This document shows positions 1 to 12,720 of a stretch of 64,000 nucleotides of DNA, one piece after another. The DNA comes from Felis catus. Lineage: Eukaryota. Positions within the stretch are counted from its first letter, which is position 1, and the number at the start of each line of letters is the position of its first letter. The stretch lies in contig NC_058368.1 in NCBI RefSeq assembly GCF_018350175.1, positions 218,056,001 through 218,120,000 on the forward strand. The letters are read 5' to 3'. The notes under the pieces are model-generated. The model was not told the origin of the DNA. It saw only the letters and a program-made list of their open reading frames with translations, and did no database searches. A program made the position numbers and the translations under genes.

Positions 1-48
1 TGTCGTAAGAACGATTTCTATTACTGATCATGAAAACACCGTAACTCA

Positions 49-281
49 GGGGCGCCTGGGTAGCACAGTCGGTTAAGCGTCCGACTTCAGCCAGGTCACG
101 ATCTCGCAGTCCGTGAGTTCGAGCCCCGTGTCAGGCTCTGGGCTGATGGCTCGGAGCCTGGAGCCTGTTTCCGATTCTGTGTCTCCCTCTCTCTCTCTGC
201 CCCTCCCCCGTTCATGCTCTGTCTTTCTCTCTGTCCCAAAATAAATAAAAAACGTTGAAAAAAAAATTTAAAAAAAAAAAA
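49..281 (+). mobile_element. CanSINE, young feliform SINEC_Fc-type subfamily
   Basis: GGGGCGCCTGGG tRNA-derived head, (CT)n region, AATAAA and A-tail; perfect 16-bp TSD GAAAACACCGTAACTC at 32-47 and 282-297. Confidence 0.97.
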
Positions 282-1179
282 GAAAACACCGTAACTCTCA
301 AAATCAGGGGGGTTTGTACGAAAGGATGCAAAGAGTTCATCTTACTCCTTAATGTCCCTCTAGAGAACAGGTTTATTTGAACATCTTTTATAGCAATTAA
401 GTAAATTCTCTCATAATAAGGTCATATTACATGACAAAGAAATCTCAGAATGTGGATTTTTATTCTAATTCTCCTAAGATTCTTATATAACAAAACTGGA
501 AGCTTAACTTCCACAGGAACATATTCATGTAAGACCCAGTCAGTAGAGTGTCATGTATGGGTCAACTATATCTCCCTTTTGAATAAGATTCATTTGGTAA
601 AACCCAACAGTCAGACTGTGTTTTAAAAGTTATACATATCTCAATGAGATAAAACTACATTATTATCTGTTTCTTTTAACTCAACAACTTTTAGCTAATT
701 CTCCTCCAATGTCACAGTTATAAGAGAAGTTAATTAGACAAAACAAAGACTCATCAAAGTATAATCCCTGGAAGACAGCTTTTTACATGGACAGGAACAG
801 GTGAGTACACGGCTCTGACTCTGAGTTTCAGCATCATATTGAGGTTCTTTTGCTTTGATTGATGAAACTGTCACCAACGAAATACCTTACTCACCAACGA
901 AATACCTTACAGACATATGTTGACCCAGAATATGTAAATTTAAAAAAAGACAAGAAACTTTAGGAAGAGAACAGACTTTCCTAAATACTCTCTCTCTATA
1001 TATATATAAATCTTTTATTTGTATATTATATATATAATTATTATATTATAATATATACATATATAATGGGAAAAGTAACTACTCTGAATTGTTCAAAATT
1101 TCCATCCTACATAACTAGTTTGCTTCTTGGTCATAAAAGCACTGCACCATTCAACATACTTTTAGGTAAAAGAGAGTGA

Positions 1180-1541
1180 GGAGGGTATTATGCTAAGTGA
1201 AATAAGTCAGTCAGAGAAAGACAGATATCCTATGTTTTCACTCATATGAAGAATTTAGAAACTTAACAGAAGACCATGAGGGAGGGGAAGGGGAAAAATA
1301 GTTTCAAACAGACAGTGAGGCAAACCACAAGAGACTCTTAAACACAGAGAACAAACTGAGGATAGATGGGGGGTGGAGGGGAAGGGGGAAATGGGTGATG
1401 GGCACTGAGGAGGGCACTTGTTGGGATGAGCATAGGGTGATGTATGTAAGCAATTAATCATGGAAATCTACCCCCGAAGCCAAGAGCAAACTGTATATAC
1501 TGTATATTAGCTAACTTGACAATAATTTATATTAAAAAAAA
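1180..1541 (+). mobile_element. 5'-truncated carnivore L1 3' end
   Basis: ATGCTAAGTGAAATAAGTCAGTCAGAGAAAGAC, G-rich 3'UTR, TTGACAATAA then A-tail. Confidence 0.92.
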
Positions 1542-2384
1542 TCCAAACCTAGCATTCTCAATTCAAACAGGCATTAACACTTTGGAGGGATACTGTACAA
1601 ATTTCGTATTTTTTAGGTGTATGCCATACTGTTTAATAATGATTTCATCTTAATATTCTTTCTAGAGCCTCGATTTCTTTTTAGCCAAACCAAGAAAGCA
1701 AATAAATATTTAAAAAATACATATTGTTAGGCTGCCCATATAGTTTCATCCACCTAACAAGGTTACGGATTCAAAGGCAATGAGGTTTGGGTCTATAGTC
1801 TCAACAACACAAGTTCTCAGGCAGAAAAGTTTTAGAATAACCACTAATGGATAAAGAATTTTTTTAATATATTCAGCTTATATTATCAACTTTCTCCACC
1901 TATTTATATCACACTTAAATACATAAATAAGATACAGTGAGCCTGACCAGGTGTTTAAGTAGAAGTGGTGAAATATTTTATAACCATTAAGATACATGAA
2001 ATTAATATTTAAATCCAATATACAGAAGTTTGTACTTAGACTCCTGCATAATTTTGTGCATCAGTACTTTCATATTATTACTATGTATTTTAATCACTAG
2101 AGTGTTATCAAAGAGCATCTTGGAGAACTCTACATAAGTACATTCTTGCCAATATCATTTGTAATAATTTTACTGTGCCATTCAGTCAAAATTCCAAACT
2201 GATGTATCCAAATAAATTTGAACTTGCCTTATGACAAAATAGTCACAATTAATTAATTTAAAATTATTATAATAAAAGCAGCTAACAATATAGGCATTAT
2301 ATTAATGAATATAGGCATTAATTCATCACTTCAGTAATAATACAGCAAGGCCTCATTAGATATTACAAGTCATTGAGTCGTGAA

Positions 2385-2675
2385 AACAAAATGTAATGTG
2401 AGATCTGAAATTAGATCCTGAAAAAGAAAAAAAAAGCCTTCAGTGGAAAAAGCAAGTGAAATCCAAATAAAGTCTATAGCTTAGTTCATAATATTCTATC
2501 AATATTATCATTGTTGTTCTTGTTATTAGTTTTAGTCTTAGTTTAGATCACTATACTATGATTACAGAAGTTGTTAATGTTAATGGCGAAGAATATGTGG
2601 AACTTGTATATTTTTGCAACTCTTCTAGAAATCTACCATTTTTTTTCTAATTCACAAGTTAAAAAAAAAAAAAAA
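2385..2675 (+). mobile_element. old L1 (L1MC-like) 3' end
   Basis: AAATGTAATGTG..GATCCTG..GTGAAATCCAAATAAAGTCT..TTTTTGCAACT followed by A-tail; resembles the L1MC 3' consensus. Confidence 0.7.
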
Positions 2676-3339
2676 CAGGTCACTGTAGTTCAATTACATC
2701 TTTGGACAGTTCTACAAGTAAAGAAAAAAAAAAGTTTTTATACTAAGCCAGTATTTGACTTCCTGAAGCTTCCACCCATACATTCCAATCTTATATCTTA
2801 AACTATAGAACACTAATCCATGATGGATGGTTTCAGATATTTGAATGGACTTCTCACATCACCAGAATGTTAACTTTTCTAAGTTAAACATTCTCTAGTC
2901 CTTCAGCTTTTTATCATGTAAAAGGTTTTTAATACCTTCACCACCAGTCACTTTCTCTCTAAAAGTGAAAGAACAGGATCTGCTTTGTCCTAAGGGCTTT
3001 ACTTGACTGCAGTGCCTCTTGGCAGACACAGTCACTCTTGACAGAAACACTTCCTGATGCACCCTCAAAGGCGAGGCCCTAACACCAGTGTCTCCATCAG
3101 CTGTCAAACCCTCCTAGAGACAGAAGTTCCTGGCAGCTTGTGAAACTAACAGTGACAGCTCTTGTAAATGTTAGCTAGTAATGTAAGTAACAATTCCCAG
3201 CAGTATCCAGGGCTGCCCCAAATTTCCCTGCAGTGACTGCTTTTCTTGAATAGTTCTACTCTTCACCATTGCTGTAATAATACACCTAGTCACAGGTTTC
3301 TCAGAGACCAGAGAAGATTCTTGGGACTATGAAACCTAT

Positions 3340-3580
3340 TGTCTTAGTTTCATATTGGCTTTCATAATAAATATCAAAAACTAGTTGGCTTAAACAATAG
3401 AAACTTATTATTCAAAGTCCTGGAGACTATTAGGAAGTCCAAGATCAAGGTGCCAACCAATTTGGTTTCTAGTGAGAGCTCTCTTCCTTGGTGGCAGATG
3501 GCCTCCTTCTCACTGTGTCTTCATATGACCTCTCCTAGGTGCATGAACATGGAGAGGACTCTGGTGTCTTTCCCTATCCA
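3340..3580 (-). mobile_element. MaLR LTR fragment (MLT1A-like)
   Basis: TGTCTTAG..GGCTTAAACAA..AAGTCCAAGATCAAGGTGCC..TCTCACTGTGTCTTCA is the antisense of an MLT1 LTR 3' part. Confidence 0.8.
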
Positions 3581-3599
3581 TCAAGCAGTAATGACTGCC

Positions 3600-4036
3600 A
3601 TGACAAAGAGTTCCACTGGCCACACCACCCAGACCAGTTTGAACTCAACCCTTGATTCAGACTTGTGTAGATGGACCATGGAGTGACCCACAGAGTGACC
3701 AACAGTTAGTTACCTTTACCTCATTATAATACTAAAGTCTTCAGCCAAAGAGAAGCATAAGGCTCATTTACATAACACACAATGTATGTATAGGCATGTA
3801 TCCCCAAGGTGCAACCTTACTCCCATCTCTACATATGATAACAAGCCTCCCTTATCTAAATATTTATCCTAACTCTAAATGAAAGGAGCCATCCACCCTT
3901 ACTCAGAGAGTCACAGCTTTGGAGGTTATTCCCTGTGGTCTCCTTATTTAAAAGTTTCCTTTGCATGACAATTCCACTTGGTGTAATTTCTATCTGTGAC
4001 TCAACAAGGAGCAAACTCACATTTGGTTTGGTTACA
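3600..4036 (+). mobile_element. probable ERV solo LTR
   Basis: LTR-like composition, ends ...TTTGGTTTGGTTACA, interrupts MaLR sequence; family not determined. Confidence 0.5.
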
Positions 4037-4039
4037 AAA

Positions 4040-4340
4040 CTAAACAGGTTACATGCTTCCAAAATACAATGATGGACAGGCATAAGATAGATCTTCCCAT
4101 TCAAAGAGGAAGAGGTGATGGATAGCAAGCAAGTCCAAGTCCTAGCAAGGCAAATTTCATGAGTTTATGGCTTGCAAATAATCCTCTTTAGTTCAATATT
4201 CTGCCCTCTAGTCCTACTGCAGTAACAGAGTCATCTCCATGACTCTGTGGGTGGCCCTGTCCCTTCAGTTCTTGCAAAAGTAATCCCAACTTTGTAGAAC
4301 TGGGCAGGACCATCCTGCCCCCTAAAATCAGAGAGACAGC
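4040..4340 (-). mobile_element. MaLR internal (MLT-int) fragment
   Basis: CAAAATACAATGATGGACAGGCATAAGATAGATCTTCCCATTC..CAAGCAAGTCCAA resembles antisense MaLR internal sequence. Confidence 0.6.
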
Positions 4341-4349
4341 CCCAGTTTC

Positions 4350-7115
4350 TGTTACTCATTTGTTTGTTTCTTAAATTCTGCACATGAGTGAAATTATATG
4401 ATATTTGTCTTTCCCTGATTTATTTCACTTAGCATTATAGTCTCTAGATCCATCCATGTTTTTACAAATGGCAAGACTTTATTTGTTTTTATGGCTGAGT
4501 AATGTTCCATATTTTAGCTATTGTAAATAATGCTGCAATAATGTATGGGTGCATACATCTTTTATATTAGTGTTTCCATACACTTTGGGTAAATACCCAG
4601 AAATAGAATTATTTGATCATATGGTAGTTCTATTTTTAATTTTTTATATTGTTTTCATACTATTTTAATACTGAAATATTGTCTTCCACAATGGCTGCAC
4701 CAATTTGTATTCCCACAAACAGTACATGAGCGTTCCTTTTTCTCCACATCCTCACCAAAACTTGTTCTTTGTGTTTTGATTTTAGCCATTCTGCCAGGTA
4801 TAAAGTAATATCTCATCACGGTTTTGACCTGCATTTCCCTGATGATGAGTAATGTTCAACATCTTATTACGTACTTGTTGGCCATCTGTATGTTTTCTTT
4901 GTACAAATGTCTGTTCATGCCTTCTGCCCTTTTTTTAATTGGACTATTTTTTTTGTTATTAAGTTGTGTAAGTTCTTTATATATTTTGGATACTAACCCT
5001 TTATTGGATATGTATTTGCGAGTATCTTCTCCCATACAATAGGTTGTCTTTTAGTTTTGCTGATTGTTTCTTTTGCCGTGCAGAAAATTTTTATTTTGAG
5101 TATTCTCAATAGTCTATTTTTGCTTTTGTTTCCCTTGCCCCAGGAGATGTATCTAGAAAAGTGTTGTTATGGCCAATGCAGAGAAATTACTGCCTAGGCC
5201 ATCTTCCAGGATTATTTATGATTTCAGATCTCACATTTAGGTCTTTAATATATTTTGAGTTTACCCTTATGTATGGGTGTAAGAAAGTGTCCCATTTCAT
5301 TATTTTGCATGTAGTTGTCCAGTTCTCCCAACAACACTTGTTGAAGACTTTTCCCCATTGCGTGTTCTTGCCGTCTTTTGTCTGAGATTAATTGACCATA
5401 TAATTGTAGGTTTATTTCTGGGCTTTCTATTCCGTTCCATTGATCTATGTGTCTATTTTTGTGCCAGTACTATTTATCTTGGATTGCTACAGCTTTGTAG
5501 AATATCCTGAAATCTGGAATTGTGATACCTCCAGTTTTGGCCTTCATTTTCAAGATTGCTTTTAGGGTCTTTTGTGGTTCCATACAAATTTTAGAATTAA
5601 TAGCTCTAGTTCTGTGAAAAAATGCTATTCATATTTTGATAGGGATTGCATGAAATCTGTAGATTGCTTTGGGTAGCATGGACATTTTAGCAATATTTTT
5701 TCTTCTAATCCATGAGCATGGAATATTTTTCCATTTGTTTGTATTGTTTTCAATTTATTTCATCAATGTTTTATAATGTTCAGAGTATAGGTGTTTCACT
5801 TCTTTGGTTAAGTTTATTCTTAGGCATTTTTTATTTTTGATGCAATTGTAAATGAGATTGTTTTAACTTCTCTTTCTGCTGCTTCATTATTAACGTATAG
5901 GAATGCAATTTATTTCTGTATGTTGATTTTGTATTTTGCAACCTTACGGAATTCATTTATCAGTTGTGGTTTGGTTTTTTTTGGTGTAGTCTTTAGGGTT
6001 TTCTGCATATAGTATCATGTCATTTACAAATAGTGAAAGTTTTAATTCTTCCTTACCAATTTGGATGTTTTTTATTCTTTTGTCTGATTTCTGTGGCTAG
6101 GAATTGAGTATTATGTTGAATAAAAGTGGTAAGACTGGGCATCCTTGTCTTGCTTCTGACCTTAGAGGAAAACTCTCAGTTTTTCACCACTGAGTATGAT
6201 GTTAGCTGTGGGTTTTCCTTTATGGCATTTATTATGTTGAGGTATGTTCCCTCTAAAGTTACTTTGTTGGGGTTTTTATCATGAATGGATGTTGTACTCT
6301 GCCAAATGCTTTTTCTGCATCTACAGAAATGATCATATGGTTTTTATACTTTCTTATTGATGTAATGTATCACAGTGCTTGATGTGCAAATACTGAACTA
6401 CCCTTGCATCCCAGGAATAAATCCCACTTGATCATGGTGAATGTTTTTTTTTTTTTTTTTTTTTTTTTTAATGTATTGTTGGATTTAGTTTGCTAGTACT
6501 TTGTTGAGGATTTTTGCACTATGTACATCAGGGATATTGGCCTATAGTTCTCTTTTTTAGTGGTGTCTTTATTTGGTTTTGGTACCACAGTAATGCTGGC
6601 CTTATAGAATGAATTTGGGAGTTTTCATTCTTTTCCTATGTTTTGGAACATTTTGAGAAGAAGAGGTATTAACTCTTCTTTAAATGTCTGACAGAATTCA
6701 CCTGTGAAGCCATAGAGTCCCAACACTTGTTTTTTGGGATTTTTTTTTATTATTACTGATTCAGCTTCATTGCTGGTAATCAGTCAGTTCAAATTTTCTA
6801 TTTCTTCCTGACTTAATTTTGGGAGGTTATATAGTTCCTGGAATTTATCCATTTCTTCTACATTGTCCAATTTGTTGGCACACGGTTTTTCAAAATATTC
6901 TCATAATCTTTTGTATCTGTGCTGTCAGTTGTTATTTTTCTTTCATTTCATTTTGTTTGAGTCTTCCTTTCCCCACGCCTCTCTCTTCACTCTATTTATT
7001 TATTTATTTATTTATTTATTTATTTTGTATGAATATGTGAGTCTGTATAAAGGTTTACCAATTTTATTGATCTTTTCAAAGAACCAATTCCTGGTTTCAT
7101 TTGATCTGTTTGGGT

Positions 7116-7146
<31 letters not shown>

Positions 7147-7515
7147 GTTTGTTTTTGTTTGTTTTTAGTTTCCGTCTTACTTATTTCTGCTCAAATCCTT
7201 ATTATTTCCTTCCTTCTACTGGCTTTGAGTTTTGTCTATCTTTTTTCCAGCTCCTTTAGGTGTAAGGTTAGGTTGTTTGAGATTTTTCTTGATCCTTTGG
7301 GTAGGTTTGTGTTGCCATAAACCTTTTGCTGCATCCCAAAGATTTAACCATTGTGTTTTCATTTGTCTCTATGTGTTTTCTGATTTCTTCTTTGATTTCT
7401 TGGTTGACCCACTCATTGTTTAGTAAGTAGCATGTTATTTGACCTCCATGTATTTGTGCTCTTTCTAGGTTTATTTCTTGTGGTTGATTTCTAGTTTTAT
7501 AGCACGGTAGTATGA
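4350..7515 (-). mobile_element. L1 ORF2/3' region, ~3.2 kb, degraded
   Basis: Continuous antisense L1 ORF2 hallmarks (TTTCACTTAGCAT, GGCTGCACCAATTTG, GATAGGGATTGCA, GGGCATCCTTGTCTTG, GAATAAATCCCACTTGATCATGG); many stops and indels, T-tract and (TTTA)n expansions. Confidence 0.96.
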
Positions 7516-7772
7516 TTTCTTATATTTATAATTCTTATTTTTCCTTCTTTAGACTATTGAGTGGTTTCTGAATTTTATTTGGGGGTACGTATTTATTATT
7601 TTTATTCATTTAGCACCTCCATTTTATGGATGGTTTTGGATTGTTGATTTTTTTAATTTTTATATTATTCCCTATTTCTGCTTTCTTTTGGTTTGCTTTG
7701 TTGAAGTTTTATATATTTTTTGAAGTTCTTTCTTAATTCATTTACTTTCTATTTTTTTCATTATGTTTATAT

Positions 7773-8202
7773 TGTTAAGTAATAAAAATTCAACAGAGTA
7801 AATTTTAAAGATCTAAGTGGCTTTATTTTTTGTTTTTTTAATGTTTATTTATCCTTGAGAGAGAGAGCAAGAGACAGAGACAGAGAGAAAGCACAAGTGG
7901 GAGAGGGGCAGAGAGAAAAGGAGACACAGAATCTGAAGCAGATTCCAAGCTCCGAGCTGTCACCACAGAGTCCAATGTGGGGCTCAAACCCACAAAACAT
8001 GAGATCATGACCTGAGCCGAAGTTGGACACTTAACTGACTGAGCCACCCAGGTGCCCCCTAAATGGCTTTATTAATTGATTTATGAATTAGGCAGTATCC
8101 CATCTAGCAAGTATAGGGGAAGTCCAAAGTACTACAGAAAAGGAAATGTTTTTAAAAGTAACAAGTGAGTGAAAAAAAGAGAAAATATTAATGAAGAATC
8201 TT

Positions 8203-8245
<43 letters not shown>

Positions 8246-8453
8246 TCAACATCACCCTCTTACAGGGAAGAGAAAGGGTCTATCAATAAATTTCCTAGTG
8301 CTGACTAGGAAATGTCAATGGTGATTGGTTAAAGGATTCATACCTTAGAGAGTTGAAACTGCAGTTAGGTTAGGTTTAAGTCTTGGTTTAAGGACATAGG
8401 GCCTTAGGTGACACCATTTGGGGCCTATGGTTTGTTTGTATAAATATTTAACA
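7773..8453 (-). mobile_element. ERV-type solo LTR interrupted by a SINE
   Basis: TGTTAA...TTAACA terminal inverted ends; contains the CanSINE at 7828-8058 and (TTTA)n. Confidence 0.6.
7828..8058 (-). mobile_element. CanSINE
   Basis: Antisense head ends GAGCCACCCAGGTGCCCC; TSD CTAAGTGGCTTTATT / CTAAATGGCTTTATT. Confidence 0.96.
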
Positions 8454-8460
8454 CTATTCT

Positions 8461-8938
8461 TGTAGCCAGGGTGCAGGAGTGCAAGAACACCTGGCTCAGG
8501 AGTCCCCTACAGACCAGTTTTAGCCACCCACCACTGTCAAAATCCAAAGGCAGAGAAATTAACAGTGATGAAGCAATAAAGGGATTTATTTCAATAAGGC
8601 CAACACTAGGAAGACTGTGGATTAGTGTTTCACAGACTGTCTCCAAAATGCTGAAAATACCTCTAGGTTTATATGAGAAAAATGTAGGACAAAGGTCAGT
8701 GGGTACATTTAGGTGGGCAGCAAAGGTCAGGTTGATCATTGTCTTTGGGTCAATCACATAGGGTCTTGCTGAATCGGGGTAGTGATTATTGGTGGAGGGG
8801 GTAGTTTCAGTTTCCGCCTGGGGATACTTTGCTTTCAGGGTCTTTTGCTTGAGGTAAGAGATAAGTTGGAAAGAAGAACTTAATCAATTAGAAAGTACAG
8901 ACTGAGGTCAAAATGGAGGTAACTGAAGTCCTCTTTCA
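8461..8938 (-). mobile_element. ERV1-like solo LTR
   Basis: Minus strand starts TGAAAGAGGACTTCAG..CCATTTTG and ends ..GCTACA; minus-strand AATAAA near 8590; ~480 bp. Confidence 0.75.
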
Positions 8939-9486
8939 CTCTCTAACTTTACTGTGTCTCAAATTCCAGTATATATTATATTCATTAACATTTAAAAATC
9001 ATTTTCCATCTATTTTCATTTTGCCTTTGACCTAAAGTGTCTAATTGGGAAATCCATTATTCTTCCAAATAAATGTACACTTTTTTTTTTCTATTTTGAT
9101 CATATCCTGCATTTAATTAGATTTACTTTATGGTATATTGTGACTTTTAACAAATGATTTAATATAGGTTAATGTAGCTTTTGTAAATGTTCAAATTTCC
9201 TGGAAAACAAGTGTGTCTTTTTTTCCCCATTACAGGTATACAAATACACATATATATAAATATAAATATCAATATATACACATATGTGAAATATCTTATG
9301 TTAAACTTACTTCATATTACATAGTCTTGCGTTTGTGTGCGTGGATGAGTGAAATTGATTATAGTATTCATATAAGAAAAGACATAAGAATAAATAGTAA
9401 GAACAATCCTAAAAATGATATGCTATAGTAAGGAACTGGGAGAGATTCCACTAGATAATAAAATATATACATATGATAAAACCCCA

Positions 9487-9910
9487 TGTTATATACAAAT
9501 GTTTGTGTTCCCACATAATCATATCTTGGAGTCCTAACGCCCAATGTGACTATATTAGAGATAGAGACTTTATGAAAGTAATTAAGTTTAAATGAGATCA
9601 TATGGATAAGGCCTTTATCTGACAGGAGTAGTGTCCTTATAAGAAGAAATACCAGAAAACTCCCTTTCTCCTGCATGTTCCCTGTCTATCTGCTAGTCTG
9701 TCTCTCCTGAATGAACAGAGAAAGGAGTCTGTGAGAACATAGCAAGGAGGTGGCTACCTATAAGCCATAAAGAGAGCTCTCAGCAGGAACTGAATCAGCC
9801 AGCACCTTGATCTTGGACTTTCCGGCCTCAAAATTGTGACATATTTATTTCTGTTTATTTAAGCCATCCAGTTTGTGATATTATGTTATAGCAGCCCCAG
9901 AAAACAAACA
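9487..9910 (+). mobile_element. MaLR solo LTR (MLT1A0/MLT1B-like)
   Basis: CCCAATGTGACTATATT..GTGTCCTTATAAGAAGA..CAGCACCTTGATCTTGGACTT..TTATAGCAGCCC. Confidence 0.88.
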
Positions 9911-10329
9911 TGCCCCATCGTAACAAGAATGTTTTGGTATTAGTTCCTGATGAACATTAAGACCAATGAACTAGAATAGGGATCCAGAAATACAATCAAC
10001 CTATTATGGGGACTTATATTTTTAAAAGAGTATCTGAAATCCTGGAATTAAGATGACTTCATAAAAGATATCTGGGAAGCAGGAAGTTATGTGGAAAAAG
10101 TTAAAATTGGATCGATACAACCGGCATACACCAGAATAAACTCAAAAGGAATCAAATTAAAAATATATATATGTAAGAGTTTAAGTAGAAAATGGAGACA
10201 TATGCATAATGTTTCTTTAAAAATCTGGGTGAATATTTTTGTTAAAAAATCAGATTTTCAAAAAAATAAGACTTTCATGTGAAGTATTTTCTTTAATTAG
10301 CTAGAGCTGCAAATACATTATTTTTCTTA

Positions 10330-11030
10330 TACATTTAACACGTATCATTAGATTTAGGAGTCTTAGATCAAACTCATTTTCCATCAAGTTTCTGACATTG
10401 TTCCCTGTTAACTTTTAGATTTTAGAGTTGTAGACTCACCCAAACTCATTCTGGGTTGTAGAAGAACTTAAGCAGCTGGCCTGGAATCCATTCCTCCCCA
10501 AATTATAAGGAAAGTTTGTTGGGGAAAGTTGTCCTGGGAAAAAGGAGGTTGGTTGATGGCTTGGTTTTATCTCCTTGCAAGTATTCTTACATTTTGATCT
10601 TTTGGTAAATAAACTTCTGATATTTACTGTAAGAGTAGTATCTATGGATTAGTCTTAGAGGAATTATCATGCTTTAGGATTTTTTATAGTAAACAAATCT
10701 CAAATCTACAGATTTATGAATCATGATTCCCTGGGAAATGTCACACAATCCCTAGAATCATCTGAATATAAAACAAAGATGCTTCAAAACCTAAGCTCTT
10801 ACTTTTGGGTGAAGTGACCCAGAAACTATACTTAGTGACCTCATCTATCCCATTGGGCCAGAGGGAATGTGTCCAATGTGAAACAACTACCAAGGAACTA
10901 TGCAGAATGTGCCGATTTCTCCCATCTTTGCCTTTTCTTCTTACATGATTGTGTATTTCATATTATTAGTAACATTTAATGCTGGATAATGTCTCTGACT
11001 TGTGTGAGTCAGATCTGATAATTCAATTTT
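10330..11030 (+). mobile_element. probable old ERVL-class LTR
   Basis: Resembles MER21-group LTRs and lies immediately upstream of gag-like sequence; boundaries approximate. Confidence 0.4.
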
Positions 11031-12040
11031 TGTGTTAGCTTTCACTGGCATTATGAATAGGATTGCTTTACAGGCTCATAAATCATAATAGGGTACTTTT
11101 TAGAAGAAAAGGTGAGGAAAAAAAAACATAATGAGACTTTGATGACAGAATTATTACATACCCATCCTTTGTATGAGGGAAATGATGGGGTAAATTGTGG
11201 GGAGTCTTACCAGTGGAATTTGGAGAAAAGAGATCCAGTAGTTAAATAATTATTAGTATAAGACTGAAAGAAAGATAGCAGAATTTCTCTTCCTTGGTCA
11301 CTGCTAACAGCCTTCGTTCAGTCTAAAAATTTGAAAGAATAAATGAAATGAAGAGAAAACTCTGTATGTAAGACTAGTTTACCTATCCCTGAAAAGCTTT
11401 CTTAAGCCTTTGGCTTAAGAAGCCTTATGGCAGTGAAGAAATGTGATATTCACTTACAAGGTAACTCAATTAAGGTCTTCTATTATCTGTAAGAATATAC
11501 AGATATCTGGAGGCCAAAGAGAGTATTCTTTTAAATACCTGGATTGTTTTATGAAACAATATCAACAGAAACCTGGTGAGTTATATAGGCACATATTCTT
11601 AGAATTAATATTCAGAAGGCACATCACTAATTTTTTATTCTACTGAGTGAAAGGGATTTATGTGAGTTGATACAGATACTCAATACATTGCACATATTTA
11701 TGGACAGGAGTTTCCAGGCATATTCCATCTAATCTGCAGCAGTAGATAAATGCTATTGGGCACATCTACCCTGAGAAGGGTAACGGTCCTACCCTTCCCA
11801 ACATACAAATGGAATCCTTCCTAAGTAGTCAAAATGTTAACCATATAAGTGACTTCCTACTGTCTTTATGATAGCCACAGAGACAAACTTAATTTATTTA
11901 TGTATTTATGTATTTATTTATTTTAGAGAGTGATAGAGTGGGAGGATGGGAGCAGACAGAGAGAGGGAGAGAGGGAGAGAGGGAGAGAGGGAGAGAGGGA
12001 GAGAGGGAGAGAGAGAGAGAGGGAGAGAGGGAGAGAGGGA

Positions 12041-12092
<52 letters not shown>

Positions 12093-12720
12093 CTTAAGCA
12101 GGCTCCATGCTTGGCACAGAGTCCAGCACAGTGGCTGACACAGGGCTCTATCCCACTATCCCACGACCCTGGGATCATGACCTGAGCTGAAATCAACAAT
12201 CAGATGCTCAACCAACTGACCCACCCTGGCACTTCAAAACAAATGAATGTAATGCCATTGACAAGGATGTTTCTAGATGTGGTGATAGGGTGCGCTCTTG
12301 ATCTTGGGTGCCTTGTATAAACTTGCACTTGGGAAGGAAGGGGAATATTCAGGAGAAGGTATTAAAGGTAAAAGAACTACATAATTAGGGGGGAAATTCC
12401 ACACCTTACAAAAGAAAGGGAGGCTGAAGGGGAGACTTGAAAAGGCCTGTGAGGAAATGACAGCCTGATCGGCTGGGTGGTTTTGTTTATTTAGTTTTTA
12501 AAAATGGAGTGAAAAAAGTAAATATATATAGTTTTTCTATTAAAAGTTTGACAGCTTATTATCAAAGTTTGATTGGTGAAGGGAGCAGCCCCAGCCATGC
12601 TCCAAACTCCTCAAACACCTTAGCAAATTCACTCTCTATATCCTAGTCTGAACGAACTCAAATCCAATTATGAGGATCCTGATTTATAACAGATAATTCT
12701 CAAATAAGGTGCTAAATTTA
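11030..12720 (+). mobile_element. class III ERV gag remnant
   Basis: ORF 11443-11646 REYSFKYLDCFMKQYQQKPGELYRHIFLEL resembles the ERV-L gag motif YTPKEL..F..Y.QK.GE..WEWILR; interrupted by a SINE. Confidence 0.55.
11890..12233 (-). mobile_element. CanSINE with expanded (GA)/(GAGG) tract
   Basis: Antisense head ..GATCATGACCTGAGCTGAAATC..CACCCTGGCAC; ~130-bp purine tract. Confidence 0.93.

Noticed and set aside
49..130. tRNA gene (A/B boxes)
   Set aside because: The boxes are the tRNA-derived head of CanSINEs, not a cloverleaf tRNA.
791..810. Perfect donor-like CAG|GTGAGT at 801
   Set aside because: No convincing acceptor or reading frame upstream; an isolated motif is expected by chance.
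11908..12199. ER/SL-repeat ORFs, and the GRKE/FLPS ORFs at ~63000
   Set aside because: Translations of microsatellites.
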